A stretch of 64,000 bases of DNA from Halobacteriaceae archaeon. Lineage in GTDB: Archaea; Halobacteriota; Halobacteria; Halobacteriales; Halobacteriaceae. Positions 1 through 8,388 of the stretch are shown piece after piece. A program made the translations under genes and the position numbers. The stretch lies in contig JBDGTS010000003.1 of the NCBI GenBank assembly GCA_042216675.1, positions 61,477 to 125,476 on the forward strand, read 5' to 3'. The notes below the pieces were generated by a model. That model did no database searches. It was given only the letters and a program-made list of their open reading frames with translations, and was not told where the DNA came from. The stretch's first letter is position 1. Each line of letters starts with the position of its first letter.

Positions 1-144
1 CTCGGTCTGGAACTGGTCGAGCGAGGACGACTGCTCGACCTGTCCCATGCCGACGCCGAACACCACCGACAGCAACAGCACCACAGCGATGACGGCCGCG
101 CTGTGTTCCGTCACGGTGCGCGCGATGCGGTCGACGATGCTCAC
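1..144 (-). CDS. MMPL/RND-family membrane transporter, N-terminus (runs off window start)
   Basis: GTG at 144 reads MSIVDRIARTVTEHSAAVIAVVLLLSVVFGVGMGQVEQSSSLDQFQTE: TM helix then soluble loop, typical haloarchaeal MMPL start. Confidence 0.6.
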   Translation of the reverse strand, partial: MSIVDRIARTVTEHSAAVIAVVLLLSVVFGVGMGQVEQSSSLDQFQTE

Positions 145-229
145 GCCTCTGCCCTCCGTCCGACAGCGCCAGTCATCTGTTGTTGTGCGCCTACTCACAG
201 CCCCCAGTTAAGCGCACCGGTCGCGGAAC

Positions 230-1321
230 TTACAGTCCGTCGTCCCGCGCCGCCGCCAGTAACTCCTGTACGGCGACGGCCTCGTTCGCCTCGCCGCTCT
301 CGATGGCCGCTTCGACGAGCGCCATCGACTGGAGGTTGTCCCGGACGTTCGTCGGCATCTCGGGGCCGCCGTCGAGCCACTCCACGAACTGTTCGACGAG
401 CCAGACGTTGCCCCACTTCTCCTGCTCGTCGAGGGGAATCAGGTCGCCGTCCGCGAACTCGGTGTGGTCGCCGACGCCTTCCCCGTCCTCGTCGTAGGGG
501 AACGCCCGAATCTCGCCGCCCGAGAGAATCAGCGTCGCGTCGCGGCACTCGGCGCGGACGTACTCCTCTTCCCAGCCGTTGAGGCCGACGGCGTTCGTCT
601 TCGCGCCCTCGTAGGTGGCTTCGACGCCGTTCGCCATCGTCATCGTCACGAGCGCGTTCGCGCCGGCGCCGTAGTCGCCCCAGTCGGGCGTCCAGTGCTG
701 GCTGTAGAGTCGCTCGCACGGCGCGTCGGCCACGTCGGCGAGGATGTCGAGGTGGTGGACCCCGCCCTCCACGAGGAGCGCGTGGTCCATCTCGTGTCTG
801 AACGACGCGCCCCACGACCCGTAGGAGCGGGCGTTGCAGGTGAACCGGCAGACGAGGTAGTCGAGGGGGCCGTAGTCGCCGGCCCGCACGAGGCGACGGA
901 GCGTCGTCACGTCTCGTCGGAAGCGGTGTGTCATCGTGACGCCCATCTTCAGGCCTGCCTCGCGCACCGTCTCGGCGATGCGCACCGAGGCGGCCAGCGT
1001 GTCGGCGATTGGCTTCTCCGAGAGGACGTGGAGGCCGTTCTCGACGGCCGCGTCCACGACGGCCTCGTGGAACTCCGGCGGGATGACGACGGTGGCGAAG
1101 TCCGCGTCAGTCTCCGCGAACGCCGTCTCGTAGTCGGTGTACAGTTGGTCGTCGTCGAGGCCCAGTCCCTCGCGGGCGTTCTCGTGAGCGGCCTCGTCCA
1201 CGTCCACGGCGGCGACGGGTTCGACGAGGCCGTCGTCGACGTTCGGCGGAAGCATGTCACGACACCACCGGGCGCCCTGCCCGCCGGTGCCGACCTGCAC
1301 GAACCGGTACGGGTTCGACAT
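230..1321 (-). CDS. Gfo/Idh/MocA family oxidoreductase
   Basis: N-terminal VGTGGQG Rossmann motif, HVLSEKP motif, acidic composition. Confidence 0.9.
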   Translation of the reverse strand: MSNPYRFVQVGTGGQGARWCRDMLPPNVDDGLVEPVAAVDVDEAAHENAREGLGLDDDQLYTDYETAFAETDADFATVVIPPEFHEAVVDAAVENGLHVLSEKPIADTLAASVRIAETVREAGLKMGVTMTHRFRRDVTTLRRLVRAGDYGPLDYLVCRFTCNARSYGSWGASFRHEMDHALLVEGGVHHLDILADVADAPCERLYSQHWTPDWGDYGAGANALVTMTMANGVEATYEGAKTNAVGLNGWEEEYVRAECRDATLILSGGEIRAFPYDEDGEGVGDHTEFADGDLIPLDEQEKWGNVWLVEQFVEWLDGGPEMPTNVRDNLQSMALVEAAIESGEANEAVAVQELLAAARDDGL

Positions 1322-1396
1322 GGCCGCGGCGACGCGCCGCCGTGGGAAACCGCTTACGACACCGGGTTATAAGGGCCGGCGGCCGAAGCCCCGGGC

Positions 1397-2071
1397 ATGG
1401 CAGACCTCCGCGCCCTCGTCATCGGCGAGACGACGTTCGGCTTCCACGACTTCGACGACGCCCGCCCCCACCTCCGGGCCGCGCTCGAACGGGCGAACGT
1501 CGACCCGACGCTCACGACGGACCGCGACGAACTCCGAGACCTCGCGGGCTACGACGTGGTGGTGGACTACCTGACGGACAGCGACCTCACGGACGCCCAA
1601 CGCGACGGCCTCCTCACCTTCGTCGGCGACGGCGGCGGCTACGCTGGGGTCCACTGCGCCTCGGACCTCACCAGCGTCGCCGGCCCCGACGGCGAACTCG
1701 AACACGTCGAGTCGCCGTTCCCCGGCCTGCGGGCGATGCTCGGCGGCCACTTCCTCGGCCACCCCGAACAGCAGGATATCGACGTCGACGTCACGGACAC
1801 CGGCCACCCCATCACCGCCGGCGTGCCCGACTTCACCGTCTACGACGAACCCTACGACCTCGACGTCGACGACGACGTGACCGTCCTCGCGCGGATGGAC
1901 CATCCCGAGTCCGGCGACGTGCCCGTCGCGTGGGCCAAGCGCTACGGCCGGGGCCGCGTCACCTACTGCTCGCTGGGCCACACCGAGGACGCCCTGACAG
2001 ACGACGTCGTGGCCGCTCTCGTCGGCCGGGGCGCACGGTGGGCCGCCGGCGCCCTCGCGGACCCCCGGTGA
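1397..2071 (+). CDS. ThuA-like (class I glutamine amidotransferase fold) protein
   Basis: GGGYAGVH, GGHFLGHP, DEPY and GRVTYCSLGH motifs; TTATAA at ~1367 fits a leaderless start. Confidence 0.85.
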   Translation: MADLRALVIGETTFGFHDFDDARPHLRAALERANVDPTLTTDRDELRDLAGYDVVVDYLTDSDLTDAQRDGLLTFVGDGGGYAGVHCASDLTSVAGPDGELEHVESPFPGLRAMLGGHFLGHPEQQDIDVDVTDTGHPITAGVPDFTVYDEPYDLDVDDDVTVLARMDHPESGDVPVAWAKRYGRGRVTYCSLGHTEDALTDDVVAALVGRGARWAAGALADPR

Positions 2072-2105
2072 AAACCGTTTTGTCGGTGGCTCCCGACGCG
2101 CGACC

Positions 2106-2363
2106 ATGACAGACATCGCGGACACGTGGTACTGGGACCACCGCACCGACACCGCGCTCTACCCCTGCAACACGGACGGCGACACCGTGGAGTTCGTCAC
2201 CGTGCGCCACCGCGACGCCGTCGCGGACGCCATCGAGGCGGGGGCGCTCGAACCCCTCGGCGAGGGCACCCCGGACGGCGACCTCGCGGGCACCCTCGAC
2301 TTCATCGACTCGTTCCGCCTGCTCGACGACGACGCGCTCAGCCGATACGTGGAGGGCGAGTGA
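2106..2363 (+). CDS. small acidic hypothetical protein
   Basis: 85 aa acidic ORF; its TGA overlaps the next ATG (TGATG). Confidence 0.65.
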   Translation: MTDIADTWYWDHRTDTALYPCNTDGDTVEFVTVRHRDAVADAIEAGALEPLGEGTPDGDLAGTLDFIDSFRLLDDDALSRYVEGE

Positions 2364-3673
2364 TGAGCGACCGACCGAACGTCCTCGTCGTCCTCACCGA
2401 CCAGCAGCGCTGGGACACCGTGGGTGCCTACGGCAACCCGATGGACCTCACGCCGAACCTCGACGCGGCGGCGGAACGCGGCACCCGCGTCGAGCAGGCA
2501 ATCACGCCCCAACCGGTGTGCGGGCCGGCCCGCGCCTGTCTCCAGACGGGCCGTCACGGCACCGAACACGGCGTGTTCACGAACGGGCGCGTTCCCGACT
2601 TCGAGACCGAGGCGCTCCTCGCGGAGCAGTTCGCGGACGCCGGCTACGACACGGGCTACGTCGGCAAGTGGCACCTCGCGAACGCGCGTCTCGACCCAGT
2701 GTCCGCCGACAAGCGCGCCGGCTACGACTTCTGGCGCGCCGCGGGCGCCCTCGAGTGGACCTCTCACCCCTACGAGGGCACCCTCTACGACGAGGACGAC
2801 GACCCCGTGGAGTTCGACGGCTACCGCGTCGACGCCGTCACCGACCACGCCGAGGAGTTCATCCGGCAGGACCGCGACGACCCGTTTTTCTGCATTCTCT
2901 CCATCCTCGAACCGCACCACCAGAACGACATGGACACGTACGTCGCGCCGGACGGCTACGCCCATCGCTACCGCGACCCGTGGGTGCCCGAGGACCTGCA
3001 GGGCCGACCCGGCGACTGGTACGAGGAACTGCCGGACTACTACGGCATCTGCCGGCGCATCGACGAGTGCTACGGACGCCTCCAGCGCGTCTTGGAGGAG
3101 GAGGGCATCGCCGACGACACCATCGTCGTGTTCACGTCCGACCACGGCTCGCACTTCAAGACCCGCAACCCCGAGTACAAGCGGAGTTGCCACGAGGCGT
3201 CGGTGCGGGTCCCCCTCGTCCTCGACGGGCCGGGCTTCGAGGGCGGCAACGTCGTCGAGGACCCGGTGAGCCTCCTCGACCTGCCGCCGACGCTTCTGGA
3301 CGCCGCGGACATCGACCCGCCGGCGTCGATGACGGGTGACCCGCTCGGTCCGGTCGTCGCGGGCGACTCGGAGGGCCGGGACGCGGTGTTCGTCCAGATC
3401 AGCGAACACGAGGTCGGGCGCGCGATTCGCACCGACCGCTGGAAGTACGCCGTCTTCGACCCGGAGGCAGACCACGGGGACGACCCGGCGGGCGAGACGT
3501 ACGTCGAGCGATACCTCTACGACCTCGATTCCGACCCTCACGAGCAAGTGAACCTCGTCGGGCGCCGCGACTACGCGGACGTGGCGGCTCGGCTCCGAAC
3601 GCGGTTGCTCGACCGCATCGAGGCCGTCGAAGGTGAGCGGCCGACCGTCGAGGCCGCCGACTACTACGCCTGA
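2363..3673 (+). CDS. sulfatase (Cys-type, formylglycine-dependent)
   Basis: RPNVLVVLTDQQR, CGPAR (CxPxR), GKWHL, SDHG, LYDLDSDPHEQVNL; true start is ATG 2363. Confidence 0.92.
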   Translation: MSDRPNVLVVLTDQQRWDTVGAYGNPMDLTPNLDAAAERGTRVEQAITPQPVCGPARACLQTGRHGTEHGVFTNGRVPDFETEALLAEQFADAGYDTGYVGKWHLANARLDPVSADKRAGYDFWRAAGALEWTSHPYEGTLYDEDDDPVEFDGYRVDAVTDHAEEFIRQDRDDPFFCILSILEPHHQNDMDTYVAPDGYAHRYRDPWVPEDLQGRPGDWYEELPDYYGICRRIDECYGRLQRVLEEEGIADDTIVVFTSDHGSHFKTRNPEYKRSCHEASVRVPLVLDGPGFEGGNVVEDPVSLLDLPPTLLDAADIDPPASMTGDPLGPVVAGDSEGRDAVFVQISEHEVGRAIRTDRWKYAVFDPEADHGDDPAGETYVERYLYDLDSDPHEQVNLVGRRDYADVAARLRTRLLDRIEAVEGERPTVEAADYYA

Positions 3674-5742
3674 GACCGGAAGAACTCGACCACGCCGTCC
3701 GCGTCCACCTGTCGCTCGTCGCCGCTGTCCATGTTCTGGACGGTGACGACGCCCTCCGCGAGGTCCCGTTCGCCGACGACGACGGTCCAGTCGGCGTTCA
3801 CGGAGTCCGCGTAGGAGAACTGGCTCCCGACGCTCCGGCCCGTGAGGTCCGTCTCCACGACGAGACCCTCGCCCCGCAGTGCGCGGGCGTAGTCGAGGGC
3901 GGTGTCGCGCAGCTCCTCGGAGACGTTCAGCACGTACACGTCGGTCCGGTGTTCCTCGGCGGGCCACTGCCCGGCGTCCTGTAGCAGTTCGCGGGTCGTG
4001 GAGTAGCCGAAGGCGAACCCGACGGCGGGCACGTCGCGGCCGCCGAACAGGCCCACGAGGTCGTCGTAGCGCCCGCCGCCGAACAGGGCGCGCAGGTCGC
4101 CCTCGGCGTCGAACGCCTCGAAGACGAGGCCCGTGTAGTAGGCGAGGCCCCGAACGATGGAGAGGTCGAGTTCGCACATCCCGACGACGCCGTGAGAGTC
4201 GAGGGCGTCCGCGAGGTCGTCCATCCGGTCGATGGCCGCCGTCGCGCGTTCGTCGTCGGGCGCCTGTTCGCGGAGTTCGTCCAGCGTCTCGTCGAGAGGG
4301 CCGCTGATGGCCGTGAGGTCTGCCACCTCCTCGGCCGTCTCCCGGTCGAGGCCGCGGGTGCCGAGTTCGTCGAGGTACTCGGCGCGGCTGAGTTTCTCAC
4401 GGTCGTCCACGACGCGCATGACTTCCGTCGTGTTCTCGACGCCGTGGGCCTCAAGCAGGGCTTCGAGCAGGTTCCGGTCGTTGACGAGGAACTCCACCCT
4501 GTCGCCGACGCCGAGGCGGCGGAACGCGGTGGCGCCGACGGCGATGACTTCCGCGTCCGCGGCGACGGACTCGACGCCGAAGACGTCCACGTCAGTCTGG
4601 AAGAACTCGCGGTCCCGCCCCTTCTGGACGTTCTCGTAGCGCCAGCGCTTGGACGTGTCGTACCACTTGATCGGCGTCTTGAGGTCCTTCCGGCTCTGGA
4701 CCATCCGGGCGCGGGTGGGCGTCTGCTCGGGGGTGAGCGTCACCTCGCGCCCGCTCCGGTCCTCGAAACTGTACGTCTGTTCGAGGAGTTCCTCGCCGGA
4801 CTTCACGCGGTAGAGGTCCGTGCGCTCGACGGCGGGGGTGTTGACCTCGCGGAAGCCGAACTCGGCGGCCGTGCGCTCCACGGTGTCGATGACCTCGCGC
4901 CACGCGGCGAACTCCTCGGGGTAGCGGTCGTAGAATCCCTTCAGGCTCTCGATTGTCATAGTCGGTCGGTCGCGCTCGCGTTTCTTAAAGACCCCCAGTC
5001 TGCTCGTCGCGCCGGGGACGGAGCGGTACGTCAGGCCGTACTCGTCGGCGGTGGACCCGCTCACGTACATGTAGATGCCGGCCGTGTCGGGACCCACGTC
5101 CGCCAGCAGGGCCTCCTCGTCGGCGTCCGGGCGGTCCACGGCCTCGGCGTGGGCCTCGTAGGTCCGTATCTCGCTCACGCGCTCGAATGCGAGGTCGGCG
5201 AGGCGGGTCCCCAACTGCCGGAACGCCTCGGGGACGAGGACCGTCTCGGGACGCTTCGGGATGGCCTCGGGCGCCATCACGGCCCACGACACCTCGTCGC
5301 CGAGGGCGGCGTCGAGTTCGTACCCTCGCTCGCCCATCAGCGACCGGACGGCGCTCTCGATGCCGTCGGCGAGGTCCGGGTCAGCGCCACGGCGGAGACA
5401 CGTCTCGATTAGCTCGTCGTACCCCGCGTAGAAGCGGGTCGCGCCGTTGCGCCACGCCTCGGCGGGCGACTCGTAGCCCTCCACCCGGCGGTCCGTGAAC
5501 TCGATGCGGTTGAACACCGGCCGGTCGGCCTCCCGGCCGTAGTAGTTCAGCGAGAGGAGGTCCTCGACCGCGTCGACGTACTCTCGGACCTCCGCCACGC
5601 CCTCACCCGTCTTCGCGGCCCGCTTGCCGCGGCCGTTGATGAGGTCGGCCAGCCACTCGGTGTCGTACGCGTCGCCGGCGAGTTCACGCTCCAGCGCGAG
5701 TCTCGCGTTCCGTCCCTTTTCGGGGACCATGAACGTACTCAC
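3664..5742 (-). CDS. hisS: histidyl-tRNA synthetase (3664-4959) with an in-frame ~260-aa N-terminal HisG-like domain
   Basis: HisRS motifs WRYENVQKGRDREFFQ, RGLAYYTG, GGGRYD, PAVGFAFG and C-terminal anticodon-binding domain; no stop between 5742 and the internal ATG at 4959. Confidence 0.85.
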   Translation of the reverse strand: MSTFMVPEKGRNARLALERELAGDAYDTEWLADLINGRGKRAAKTGEGVAEVREYVDAVEDLLSLNYYGREADRPVFNRIEFTDRRVEGYESPAEAWRNGATRFYAGYDELIETCLRRGADPDLADGIESAVRSLMGERGYELDAALGDEVSWAVMAPEAIPKRPETVLVPEAFRQLGTRLADLAFERVSEIRTYEAHAEAVDRPDADEEALLADVGPDTAGIYMYVSGSTADEYGLTYRSVPGATSRLGVFKKRERDRPTMTIESLKGFYDRYPEEFAAWREVIDTVERTAAEFGFREVNTPAVERTDLYRVKSGEELLEQTYSFEDRSGREVTLTPEQTPTRARMVQSRKDLKTPIKWYDTSKRWRYENVQKGRDREFFQTDVDVFGVESVAADAEVIAVGATAFRRLGVGDRVEFLVNDRNLLEALLEAHGVENTTEVMRVVDDREKLSRAEYLDELGTRGLDRETAEEVADLTAISGPLDETLDELREQAPDDERATAAIDRMDDLADALDSHGVVGMCELDLSIVRGLAYYTGLVFEAFDAEGDLRALFGGGRYDDLVGLFGGRDVPAVGFAFGYSTTRELLQDAGQWPAEEHRTDVYVLNVSEELRDTALDYARALRGEGLVVETDLTGRSVGSQFSYADSVNADWTVVVGERDLAEGVVTVQNMDSGDERQVDADGVVEFFRSQA
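4984..4989 (-). promoter_or_regulatory. putative internal TATA box for a leaderless HisRS transcript
   Basis: TTTAAG 25-30 nt upstream of ATG 4959, an AT-rich spot inside GC-rich coding sequence. Confidence 0.6.
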
Positions 5743-5819
5743 CGGCGTTCGCCCCGGCGTCAGAAGCCGTCGTCATGCTCGAACGGTGGCCGGACGGAGC
5801 CAAAAGCCCTTCCCTTCGG

Positions 5820-6374
5820 TCACTCGGCGTCGGCGGGCGTGTCGAAGTCGTGGAAGTGCTCGCCTTTCTCCTTGCTGAGGATGTTCAGCGCCGCCGCGGC
5901 GCCGTCGCCCGCCGAGATGATGGCCTGCCACTCCTCGGCGCGGACCATCGCGCCCGTCGCGTAGGCGTCCGCGACGCTCGTCTCCATCGTCACGTCCACG
6001 TCGACCACGTCCTCGTCGGTGAACGCACAGCCGAGCGCCTCCGCGAGGTCACGCTTGGCGCCCGTCGCCAACACGAGGTAGTCAGCTTCCACGGCGTCGT
6101 CCTCCGTGTCGACGGTGAAGCCCTCGTCCGTCGCCGCGACGCCCGTCGCTTCCGTTTCCCTGAGGTCCGCACCGAACTCCGCTACCTGCTCGCGGGCGCC
6201 CTCGACGAACTCGGTGCCGTCCTCGCTCTCGATGCCGAGGTAGTTGAACAGGTGCGCCTTGTGCAGCCACGTCTCGTCCGTGTCGAAGACGACCGTGTCG
6301 AGACCGTTCTTCGCGGTGAACAGTGCGGCGCTCAGGCCGGCGGGACCACCGCCGACGACAGCGACATCTGTCAT
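5820..6374 (-). CDS. small FAD/NAD(P)-dependent oxidoreductase (thioredoxin reductase-like)
   Basis: VVGGGPAGLSAA, LVLATG and SAGDGAAAA motifs. Confidence 0.85.
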   Translation of the reverse strand: MTDVAVVGGGPAGLSAALFTAKNGLDTVVFDTDETWLHKAHLFNYLGIESEDGTEFVEGAREQVAEFGADLRETEATGVAATDEGFTVDTEDDAVEADYLVLATGAKRDLAEALGCAFTDEDVVDVDVTMETSVADAYATGAMVRAEEWQAIISAGDGAAAALNILSKEKGEHFHDFDTPADAE

Positions 6375-6447
6375 GGCACATCATGCCGCGGGCAGACACA
6401 AATAGATGGGGACGCCGGCGAGTACCGTGCCGACCGGTCACACCTCG

Positions 6448-6921
6448 CTACGGGGCGAAGTGGTCCCGCGTCCGGCGGTGTCTGTCGCGGAACATGCCCT
6501 CGAAGAACGGCGGCGCGATGGCGTCACCGACGTCCCCCAGCGGCGTCGCGTACCGCACGCGGTCCCGCAACAGCGTCTCGTCGCCGTCGGCGTAGAAGAT
6601 GTGGGTGTGTTCCCAGTGCCGGAACGGCCCGTCGCGCATCACGTCCCGAAAGTAGCCGCTCCCGCGCTCGCGTTCGCGGGCCGTGATTTCGCTCGTCCAG
6701 CCCTGTCTGGGGCCGACGCCGAACGGGCGCACCGACATCTCGATGCGCGTGCCCGGCACGAGCGTCTCGGGGTTTCGGTCGCCGTCGGGGCCGACGACGG
6801 ACTCGATTTGGAGGTGTAGCCACGGCGGCGTCAGCGCTCGGAGGCCGTCGATGGTGGAGTGAAACGCCCACACCGCCTCGAACGGTGCCGCGACCCGGCT
6901 CTCTCGCTCGAAACTCCGCAT
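6448..6921 (-). CDS. SRPBCC family protein
   Basis: VWAFHS...LTPP and FRDVMRDGPFRHWEHTH pattern. Confidence 0.8.
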   Translation of the reverse strand: MRSFERESRVAAPFEAVWAFHSTIDGLRALTPPWLHLQIESVVGPDGDRNPETLVPGTRIEMSVRPFGVGPRQGWTSEITARERERGSGYFRDVMRDGPFRHWEHTHIFYADGDETLLRDRVRYATPLGDVGDAIAPPFFEGMFRDRHRRTRDHFAP

Positions 6922-6960
6922 ACCGGGCAGACGGGCCGCCGCGCCAAAAGTTAGGGGGTG

Positions 6961-7389
6961 TTACTTCAGACGCTCCTGCAGGAACGAGGGATGGGCCGCG
7001 GTGACGCCCTCGATGTCGAGGATGGCGTCGCTGATGACTTCGCCGAGGGCGTCGCCGTCGGGGGCGCGCACTTCGGCCATCAGCATGTGGTCGCCGGAGG
7101 ACGTGTAGAGGGCGCGCACGGCGTCGAGGTCCTTCAGTTCTTGTGTCGCCTCGACGTAACGCTCGCTGGCCACGTCGATACCGACCAGCGCGATGGACTG
7201 GCCGGACATCTTCTTGGGGTCCACCTCGGCGGAGTAGCCGACGATGACCCCCTCGTCCTCGAGCCGGTTGATGTACTTGCGAACCGTCGGCTTCGAGACG
7301 CCGGCGCGTTCGGAGATTTCGGCGTAGGAGGCCTGCGCGTCCTCTTCCAGAACGGCCAGGATACGTTCCTCCGTCGATTCGGAACTCAC
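6961..7389 (-). CDS. lrpA1: Lrp/AsnC transcriptional regulator LrpA1
   Basis: N-terminal HTH (SYAEISERAGVSKPTV) plus RAM domain; adjacent to porB as in Halobacterium. Confidence 0.85.
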   Translation of the reverse strand: MSSESTEERILAVLEEDAQASYAEISERAGVSKPTVRKYINRLEDEGVIVGYSAEVDPKKMSGQSIALVGIDVASERYVEATQELKDLDAVRALYTSSGDHMLMAEVRAPDGDALGEVISDAILDIEGVTAAHPSFLQERLK

Positions 7390-7449
7390 GACTCCCCCTT
7401 TGAGACGCCCGAAAAAATATCTTCCGAATCCGAAACTCCGGTTGCGGGG

Positions 7450-8385
7450 TTACTTGTGGCGGTCGATGAAGTCGTAGGACCGCTCCCAGTCGGCGTCGTC
7501 GTCGAAGTAGCGCTCCGCGAGGGGCGACTCGGGCGCGTCCTCGTTGGTGCGCTTCTCCTCGTAGTAGGACCGGCGGTCCTCCTCGACGTAGTAGCGGCCG
7601 GTGAGGACCTCGCCCTCGTACAGTTTCTCCTCGGTCTTCTGCATCATCTCCTGCGCCTCGGTGCGGTCCGTGACGTCGAAGTCGTAGTCGTCCGACTCCT
7701 GCACGTCGACGTAGGGCACGTACTGGCGCGCGTCCTTGTTCCACGTCGGGCACTGCGTGAGGAAGTCGACGTGGGCGAAGCCGTCGTGTTCGACGGCCTC
7801 CTTGATGATCTCCTGTGCCTGATTGGGGTTGACGGCGGCCGTGCGGGCCACGTAGGACGCCCCGGAGGTCAGCGAGAGCGAGAGGGGCCGAAGCGGGTCC
7901 TTCGCGTTGCCCTTGGGCTGGGTCTTCGACTTGTGACCCTTCGGGGAGGTGGGCGAGGTCTGGCCCTTCGTGAGGCCGAAGACCTCGTTGTTGAACACGA
8001 TGTAGGTCATGTCGTGGTTCTCCCGGGCGGTGTGCATGAAGTGGTTCCCGCCGATGCCGTAGCCGTCGCCGTCGCCGCCGGCGGCGACCACGGTGAGTTC
8101 GGGGTTGGCGAGGCTCGCGGCCCGCGCGATGGGGAGCGAGCGACCGTGAATCGTGTGGAACCCGTAGCTGTCGAAGTAGCTGTTCAGCTTGCCCGAGCAG
8201 CCGATGCCGGTGGCGACGAGGACCTCCTCGGGGTTCTTGCCGAGGTCGGTCATCGCGCCCTTCAGTGCCTTGTTGACCGCGAAGTCACCACAGCCCGGAC
8301 ACCACGTCGGTTGCGGCTCGATGCCGGGGGTGAAGTCGTCGCGGTCTACCTCGCGTTGCTCGTCGATTGCGTTGAATGCGCTCAT
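7450..8385 (-). CDS. porB: pyruvate:ferredoxin oxidoreductase beta subunit
   Basis: PTWCPGCGDF, GIGCSG and GDGD TPP motif; N-terminus is the haloarchaeal PorB type. Confidence 0.9.
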   Translation of the reverse strand: MSAFNAIDEQREVDRDDFTPGIEPQPTWCPGCGDFAVNKALKGAMTDLGKNPEEVLVATGIGCSGKLNSYFDSYGFHTIHGRSLPIARAASLANPELTVVAAGGDGDGYGIGGNHFMHTARENHDMTYIVFNNEVFGLTKGQTSPTSPKGHKSKTQPKGNAKDPLRPLSLSLTSGASYVARTAAVNPNQAQEIIKEAVEHDGFAHVDFLTQCPTWNKDARQYVPYVDVQESDDYDFDVTDRTEAQEMMQKTEEKLYEGEVLTGRYYVEEDRRSYYEEKRTNEDAPESPLAERYFDDDADWERSYDFIDRHK

Positions 8386-8388
8386 TGA

